The notes below the pieces were generated by a model. It saw only the letters and a list, made by a program, of their open reading frames with translations, searched no databases and had not been told where the DNA came from. Shown here piece after piece: positions 58,468 through 64,000 of a stretch of 64,000 nucleotides of DNA. The stretch lies in IMG/VR virus record IMGVR_UViG_3300033073_001153, positions 160,001 through 224,000 of that record; one strand, written 5' to 3'. Each line of letters starts with the position of its first letter. The first letter of the stretch is position 1. The DNA is from a virus. Lineage: Duplodnaviria > Caudoviricetes. Made by a program: the position numbers and the translations under genes.

Positions 58468-59025
58468 ATGGAAAAAAAGTTTATTAAACTTATTGAGACA
58501 ACAATTACCCGTGTTACACGTGGTGGGTTTCTTTTAGGTGATTATGTAGAATTTGTTAAGAATTATACATCAAAAAAAGAATACAAAGATCTCAATGATT
58601 CCGTAAAAGAAGCTATCGACGATCTTGCTAAATCAAAATTAAACGTAAGAGTTGTTGGAATTAATGATAAACAACCTCTAAGATATCCCGGAAATGCCGA
58701 TTTAATGACCGGAGATGTTGTATTAGCTCTTGCTGAAGATCAAGGAGGCGGAAGAACTCATGGAAATGTATTTGTTCCCTCTTGTTTGTGTAAAGTAGTC
58801 GATCATTATCCAAATCAAGCTCCACTTCCAGATGAATGGAATTATGATAACAAAGAAATTCATAAACCAGTAGAAGTTAAAGCCGTAGATGGTGGTTCTT
58901 CTGGTATTACTTACGAATTACCAAAAACTGATACAAAAATTAAACCGTCTTCTTCAAAGAAAAAGACGGTTAATGAAGAATCTTATACTTCTGATTACTT
59001 ATCAGGTATGGAATATCTTCGATAA
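58468..59025 (+). CDS. late hypothetical protein (start revised to ATG 58468)
   Basis: TAAATA 5 nt upstream; the track's extension overlaps gp25. Confidence 0.7.
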   Translation: MEKKFIKLIETTITRVTRGGFLLGDYVEFVKNYTSKKEYKDLNDSVKEAIDDLAKSKLNVRVVGINDKQPLRYPGNADLMTGDVVLALAEDQGGGRTHGNVFVPSCLCKVVDHYPNQAPLPDEWNYDNKEIHKPVEVKAVDGGSSGITYELPKTDTKIKPSSSKKKTVNEESYTSDYLSGMEYLR

Positions 59026-59742
59026 AGTAACCATACACACAAAACTATTGATTTCTACATCCATAACGAACGAATGACGATCCATGTGATGTCCAATAGT
59101 CATAATTGCTTCTTTTTTCTTTAAAGAATCAATGTTTTTAGTGTAAATTAAGTTTAAAAGATTCTTCAAAAGATTGTGATAATCAGCTTGGAATACGTTT
59201 TCATGCTTAATTACAAATTCACGAAAATCTAAATCATCACTTTTTTGAATTTTTTCTAGCAATTCTTCGATAAATTCGTTAGGAAGTGACGTATCTCTAA
59301 TATTAAGTGTTCCAGATATGCTATATTTTTGTAATTCATTCAGAATTTTTCTAAAATCTGGAAAATTATTCCTAATTAATGTCTGAAATAAATAAACTTG
59401 CTCTTTTGGAATCTTAATTTTTTCTTTTGTTAAGATTTTAGCACAATGTTTAGCTACATCATTAATGTTATGCTCTAAATTAACAGTTTGGCATCTGCTT
59501 TGAATAGCATCAATGATTCTATGTTTATAATTTGCTGTTAAAATAAACCTAGTATTATGAGCATATTCTTCAAGGGTATTTCTGAGTGCTCTCATTCCAT
59601 CAGATGAAAATCCGTCACAATTCGAAGTAAGAACTTGTTTATTCCCCACAAAAAAATTGTGGGTTTCATCAACACTAAGGTCGTATACGTGGGACTTTGC
59701 TTCTAGTTTAGTAATTTTTTTAATTTTTAAAGTATTTATCAT
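59002..59742 (-). CDS. gp44: clamp loader gp44/RFC C-terminal half preceded by a 41-aa split intein C-fragment
   Basis: MINTLKIKKI...VYDLSVDETHNFF...LTSN/CDG; then ALRNTLEE, RFILTANY, IQSRC, PDFRK. Confidence 0.9.
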   Translation of the reverse strand: MINTLKIKKITKLEAKSHVYDLSVDETHNFFVGNKQVLTSNCDGFSSDGMRALRNTLEEYAHNTRFILTANYKHRIIDAIQSRCQTVNLEHNINDVAKHCAKILTKEKIKIPKEQVYLFQTLIRNNFPDFRKILNELQKYSISGTLNIRDTSLPNEFIEELLEKIQKSDDLDFREFVIKHENVFQADYHNLLKNLLNLIYTKNIDSLKKKEAIMTIGHHMDRHSFVMDVEINSFVCMVTLSKIFHT

Positions 59743-61087
59743 GATAAATTTTTTTAATAGTAGCATCCTTGATCATTTTATTAAACTGTTCAATATTATC
59801 CTCATCTTTTAAAATTTTGTCAACATCAATATAATCTAAAATATTAGTCTCATTTATCCAAATGAATTTTATTCCCGTTTCTTTACAATAGTTTTGTAAA
59901 CACATCATCTTGTCAATTTCAATATTATATCGATTTCTGGGCTTTAATTCATACATCGTATTAGTACTTTCATCAAAAAAATCACTCACATATGTTTTGT
60001 TTTCTCCTTTAACTCGGATTGTTTCGTATACCATATGTCTATTTGAATAATAAAAACAAGCTTCCCAAGAACTTCTGAATCTTATAATAGTTCCATCTTC
60101 AAACTTTATTTTAGAGTCCCAATGAGTCCATGTATTTGTAATAGGCGGTGTAAATCTTCCTTCTTCTATAGTTTTTTTCATACTAATAGAAGACTTTTTA
60201 CTACATTCCATTTTATGCTTCTTTCCTTCTTCGGTTTTATAAAAATCTAACATCTTTTTAGATTTTTCTTGCCTTCTTTGAATACCTTTTTCACTTTGAT
60301 TAAATTTTTTCCCAACTTCGGATAATTTTTTTCTATGTTCTGGAGTTCTAAATGCCGAACGATCTGTAAGGTGTATCCATACACGTTGTTTTATCTCTTC
60401 TAATGTATATTTTTTAAAGCCAACCCATCCTTTATATGAAGATGTATATGAAAATTCTTCTTCCGTTAACAATTTTCCAGAATATGCACTATAATGCGGT
60501 TCTTGTAGCAAGAACATAAATCTATTCAAAGAAATTCTAGACATTTTTGCTTTAAAAGCTCCTACCCATATTCCATTAGATTTATATACTTTATTAGTTA
60601 AAGGACACCAAAATTTCTCATTTTGGCTTTTATATTGATTCAAAAGATTTTGTATTTCTTCTTCAGAAAAATCTCTAGGAACAATACGTATAGTAGGCTT
60701 ATTTATTTTTTTAAATAAGCGTAATTGTTTATTTCTTTGTGAAATAATTTCTTTATTTTTTTCTCTATACTCTTTATTTTTCTTAGAAAGAATTTCTTTA
60801 TTTTTACGATAATATTCTCGATTTTTTTCAAGAATTTCTTCTTTATGGGTTTCGCGATATTCTCTTGATCTTATTTTATTTTTTTCTAAATTTTTTCTAC
60901 GATAAATTCTAGCTCTCTCTCTATGAGATTCTATATTCTTCTGTCTTAATTCTTTAGATTGTTGCTTTATCTTTTCTTTATTTTTCTGATAATACTCACG
61001 TCTATATTGAGCACAGTGTTCTTTATTTTCTAATCTAAATTTTTTAGATCTTTCGTTTTTGGATAATTTTTTGGGTTCTTCTTCCAT
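59720..61087 (-). CDS. putative homing endonuclease: basic helical repeats + NUMOD3-like + TnsA-like PD-(D/E)XK domain
   Basis: YREKNKE-type repeats, HRKKLSE, FRSSWE...YE...YVSDF...YELKP. Confidence 0.75.
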   Translation of the reverse strand: MEEEPKKLSKNERSKKFRLENKEHCAQYRREYYQKNKEKIKQQSKELRQKNIESHRERARIYRRKNLEKNKIRSREYRETHKEEILEKNREYYRKNKEILSKKNKEYREKNKEIISQRNKQLRLFKKINKPTIRIVPRDFSEEEIQNLLNQYKSQNEKFWCPLTNKVYKSNGIWVGAFKAKMSRISLNRFMFLLQEPHYSAYSGKLLTEEEFSYTSSYKGWVGFKKYTLEEIKQRVWIHLTDRSAFRTPEHRKKLSEVGKKFNQSEKGIQRRQEKSKKMLDFYKTEEGKKHKMECSKKSSISMKKTIEEGRFTPPITNTWTHWDSKIKFEDGTIIRFRSSWEACFYYSNRHMVYETIRVKGENKTYVSDFFDESTNTMYELKPRNRYNIEIDKMMCLQNYCKETGIKFIWINETNILDYIDVDKILKDEDNIEQFNKMIKDATIKKIYHDKYFKN

Positions 61088-61121
61088 ACCCTATTATTTA
61101 GTGTAATGTATGAAGTCATAC
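61081..61121 (-). promoter_or_regulatory. late promoter inside a start-sequestering hairpin
   Basis: TAAATA at 61095-61100; CTTCATAC (61115-61108) can pair with GTATGGAAG over the AUG. Confidence 0.55.
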
Positions 61122-61133
61122 CATCAACCTTGA

Positions 61134-61766
61134 TCAATTTATGGTAATTATTTCATAAATTCCTTCATTCATGATGTCTATTAACTTTTTTCTAATTGGT
61201 AAATTAGATATTTTATCCTTTACATACCATTTGTGATCAGAAGTACAACACACAATTTCTCCATTTTCAAATTCAATCTCATACACTTCTTGAGACCCTT
61301 TATCTATCTTATAGAAAGGTCTCCATTCGATTCTATTTTTAGAAAAATTAAATGATTTCACCAAATCATTACGATCATCAACATTTTTGATCTCTACTTG
61401 CTGTTCTGATCCATTTCTGAGAATTGTTATAAGAGTATCTTCATGCAAGCATTCGTCTAATATGACGGACTTAATACCGCCATCCATAGATTTGGTTTGG
61501 GAGAATCCAACAATCTTATGCCGAACGGTATCAATTCCATTTTCATCAGAAGCATTGATATATAAGTAATCACAACCTAGAATATCATTAACGATAATCT
61601 TTGCTATGCTACTTTTTCCGATTCCCGGAGTTCCCGTAAATAATATATGAGGAATATCCTTTTTTTGTTTAAAAGATTCCAACAAATCTCTTATTTCATC
61701 CGAAATACAAAGATCTTCAATCTTTTTTGGACGATATTTTTCACACCACAAACTAGAAAAGTCCAT
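61134..61766 (-). CDS. gp44: clamp loader gp44/RFC N-terminal half fused to a 105-aa split intein N-fragment
   Basis: WCEKYRP, GTPGIGKS, NASDE, VILDE/CLHEDT. Confidence 0.92.
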   Translation of the reverse strand: MDFSSLWCEKYRPKKIEDLCISDEIRDLLESFKQKKDIPHILFTGTPGIGKSSIAKIIVNDILGCDYLYINASDENGIDTVRHKIVGFSQTKSMDGGIKSVILDECLHEDTLITILRNGSEQQVEIKNVDDRNDLVKSFNFSKNRIEWRPFYKIDKGSQEVYEIEFENGEIVCCTSDHKWYVKDKISNLPIRKKLIDIMNEGIYEIITIN

Positions 61767-61771
61767 ATATT

Positions 61772-62218
61772 TTATCGTCCAGATGAACCGAATCCTTTAT
61801 CTCCACGTGAAGTGATGTCTTTGCTTTCTACCCAACAAGTTTCTGGTTCAAGAAGTTTATAAACTACAAGTTGTGAAATTCTATCACCTTTTTTAACATG
61901 ATAATCTGTTTGGGTGTTGTTTATTAAAGAAATCCCCAATTTTCCACGATAAGAATTATCAATAACTCCAAAAAAACTCGTAATACCATGTTTGAAGAAC
62001 ATTCCTGATCTAGATTCTACACGAATCCAATAACCCGGAGTAATAAATCCAATATCTAAGCCAATAGGCACATTTGCTGTACCATTTGCGGGGATTAAAG
62101 CATCTTCTACCGCATAAACATCATATCCAGTATCTCCAGTTAATAATTCTTTGTTATTTCTTTCTGGAAGACGAGCATCTTCGTGAGTTTTTACAAAACA
62201 AATTTTAATATTTTCCAT
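61772..62218 (-). CDS. dut: trimeric dUTPase
   Basis: TGYDV, SRSG, GVIDNSYRG, RISQL, RGDKGFGSSG. Confidence 0.95.
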   Translation of the reverse strand: MENIKICFVKTHEDARLPERNNKELLTGDTGYDVYAVEDALIPANGTANVPIGLDIGFITPGYWIRVESRSGMFFKHGITSFFGVIDNSYRGKLGISLINNTQTDYHVKKGDRISQLVVYKLLEPETCWVESKDITSRGDKGFGSSGR

Positions 62219-62224
62219 TTTTCT

Positions 62225-62270
62225 AGTATAATGATTTTTTAGTTGAACACAAGATAAAAATATCTAAATA
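62225..62270. promoter_or_regulatory. divergent promoters: sigma70-like (minus, dut-gp44 operon) and late TAAATA (plus)
   Basis: TTGTGT-N16-TATACT 6 nt before ATG 62218; TAAATA at 62265-62270, 5 nt before ATG 62276. Confidence 0.55.
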
Positions 62271-62275
62271 TAGAT

Positions 62276-62737
62276 ATGTCCGACGATTCAGAACTAGATG
62301 ATACGGTAAATTCTCTTTTAAATCAACTAAAAACTGTGCCAACTGTTGCTAAAAAAGCAAAAGAAGCTTCTAACGACAACATTTCACGAGAAAGTTTGGA
62401 AAAATTTGTCGTACAATATGCTTCTAGGTTAGTAGAAAACGCTACGGAATCTGTAGAATACATTAAAGATAATGTTCAAGCTGCTCCTACCGCTGAAGAT
62501 GTGGTTTCTCTTTCTGAACTCATAAAATCCACAGCAGGAGCTATCGAAATCTTAAATAAGATCGTAATAAACAAAGAAAAACTCGAAAATTCTGTCAAGA
62601 TTAAAGAAATGGATATAAGCAGTAAGCGTGAAGAATTAGAAGTAAAAACTAATGTATTTCTTGCTTCAAGAGAAGATGTATTAAAACAACTTATCAATAA
62701 AACAAAAGTAATAGAAGCTACTACTGAAGAACTTTAA
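62276..62737 (+). CDS. late helical protein (terminase-small-subunit-like, uncertain)
   Basis: helical core, then NVFLASREDVLKQL, reminiscent of the T4 gp16 C-terminal segment. Confidence 0.45.
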   Translation: MSDDSELDDTVNSLLNQLKTVPTVAKKAKEASNDNISRESLEKFVVQYASRLVENATESVEYIKDNVQAAPTAEDVVSLSELIKSTAGAIEILNKIVINKEKLENSVKIKEMDISSKREELEVKTNVFLASREDVLKQLINKTKVIEATTEEL

Positions 62738-64000
62738 ACTGGTTTATTTGGATTTGGATTCTTCCAAGCTTTAGTACTTCCATTACATCCCGGATGAGTT
62801 ACAAATGAATCATAAACAGTTTCATTAGCGTCCCATTTTACATATTTAATGTATTCGGTATCCATTATTTTTTTGTAATTACTATTTGAAAAATATCTAA
62901 CACGTTCCCAATCATTTTTAGATAAAAACATCGGAGCATATTGTGATGCTTCCTGAACATTCCACTTATCTGGGGGTTCTTTTGTATCTGCTATTTGAAT
63001 CGTCAATTTTAATTGATCGCTTCTTCCTGCTAATTTGCTCTTAAATGCATTAGTAGGTAAAAATTCATCTATTAAAAACTTATATTTAGACCCTAATAAT
63101 CCACTACCAGATTGATCCGCTACTTTTCTACGTTCAATCCAAGTATTTCCTCCTTTATCTGTGCAAGTAATAATAAGCACATCACCTTTTTTTACCATTC
63201 CACTATTTAAAGTTTCAGGAGCAACCGCAATACTTTTCAATGGAATTAACATATTTCCTGTATTTCCATAACCTTTTTCTGAACCTGTATCTGGACATTC
63301 ATCCATTATATAGCCATACTTGGTTAGTTTAACTTCTCCAAAGTTAAATTCATATTTTTTACCATTAGTTGGAGGTGTTTCTGTTCCAGATCCAGATGCT
63401 TCTACTAAATTTCCAGTAGCAGCAGTCCCGCCAGTAATAACTTGTTCAGCACCTTTAGATGGACCATCGTATGTATCGTATTTTGGTGCTTTTGGTGAAT
63501 CATCATATGTTCTGTAATCTGGAGTTTTAGGAATATCTAATGTATTTCTATATGTTGTTTCTGCTGCATACTGTGCAGGTGCTAAACTTCCTAAAATATC
63601 TACTAATGATTTAACATTTCCATTTTTAACTCCTACATATTTTCTTTTAGCATATGCGGCATTCATTATTGGATCATATGCATTAAAACGCATTCCATTT
63701 GTATACATTCTATAACAATCCCCTAATTGTCTTTGAATTTTAGACTGAATTACAGAATGCACGGTCGAAGTTGTAAAATAACTTTGCGTATCACCTGTTA
63801 AAGGCATTCTGAAATATTCGCTATCAGGAGTTTTACCTGAACTCACTCCGCTTTTTACTCTTTCTCTGTCTTCTTTAGAAAAAAATGGCTTTACTCCGTC
63901 TCTGTATAAATTTTGTGTTAATATTTTAAGCTTAAAAAATTCTGTTCTTACTTGAGGTTTTATCTTGTTTAAGATATTAGTTGCAATGTTAGTAGGAGCA
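62734..64000 (-). CDS. structural protein with 3D/RlpA-like domain (5' end beyond the window)
   Basis: frame stays open from 63846 to 63999 (APTNIATNIL...); TKYG...SIAVAP...GDVL...VADQSG...IDEF. Confidence 0.55.
   Translation of the reverse strand, partial: APTNIATNILNKIKPQVRTEFFKLKILTQNLYRDGVKPFFSKEDRERVKSGVSSGKTPDSEYFRMPLTGDTQSYFTTSTVHSVIQSKIQRQLGDCYRMYTNGMRFNAYDPIMNAAYAKRKYVGVKNGNVKSLVDILGSLAPAQYAAETTYRNTLDIPKTPDYRTYDDSPKAPKYDTYDGPSKGAEQVITGGTAATGNLVEASGSGTETPPTNGKKYEFNFGEVKLTKYGYIMDECPDTGSEKGYGNTGNMLIPLKSIAVAPETLNSGMVKKGDVLIITCTDKGGNTWIERRKVADQSGSGLLGSKYKFLIDEFLPTNAFKSKLAGRSDQLKLTIQIADTKEPPDKWNVQEASQYAPMFLSKNDWERVRYFSNSNYKKIMDTEYIKYVKWDANETVYDSFVTHPGCNGSTKAWKNPNPNKPV

Larger units (their letters stand above)
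59620..61451 (-). mobile_element. split intein (IntN 61451-61137; IntC 59742-59620) bracketing a free-standing endonuclease
   Basis: block A CLHEDT, block B TSDHKW, block F VYDLSV..THNF, terminal SN followed by C+1. Confidence 0.9.

Noticed and set aside
59720-61133. Group I intron interrupting gp44
   Set aside because: Only 46 nt of non-coding sequence, so no room for a ribozyme core; intein motifs explain the break
391-63517. Short antisense or alternate-frame ORFs in the track (e.g. 391-684, 5027-5323, 12881-13108, 16445-16711, 37746-38153, 43135-43518, 63320-63517)
   Set aside because: They are shadows of well-supported genes, with no motifs or expression signals
1-64000. Stop-codon reassignment, as in some large phages
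   Set aside because: Genes are full-length in code 11, and TAG (2528, 35967, 36722) and TGA (9991, 61134) serve as real stops

Overview
This is an AT-rich 64-kb segment of a large T4-like myovirus using standard genetic code 11. No tRNA, rRNA, CRISPR array or integrase was seen. Region 1-11.7 kb holds mostly minus-strand early/accessory genes: an AAA ATPase, a MoxR ATPase with a HExxH/vWA partner, a DRB0094-type RNA ligase, two Zn deaminases, a ferritin-like protein and a lipoprotein. A few late genes, such as a GH46-like lysin, are interleaved on the opposite strand. Region 11.3-34.9 kb is a plus-strand cluster of about 20 fibre/spike/decoration proteins built from shared modules, with a glycosyltransferase-sulfotransferase pair inside it. 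Region 36.7-58.4 kb is a minus-strand tail-fibre/baseplate cluster with Ig and BNR proteins, two tail-collar proteins, and gp6-like and gp25-like genes. Region 59-64 kb holds a gp44/RFC clamp-loader gene fractured by a naturally split intein around a free-standing TnsA-like endonuclease, then dUTPase and a truncated 3D-domain-like protein. Main highlights: (1) the trans-splicing clamp loader; (2) promoters placed so that most mRNAs look leaderless (TAAATA-N5-7-ATG, no Shine-Dalgarno); (3) eight paralogues with an Mtd_N-like anchor, including an uncalled 57-aa gene; (4) a possible virion glycosylation/sulfation system; (5) a perfect two-stem pseudoknot-like element at 14351-14399. All calls come from motif recognition by eye; no database searches were run.
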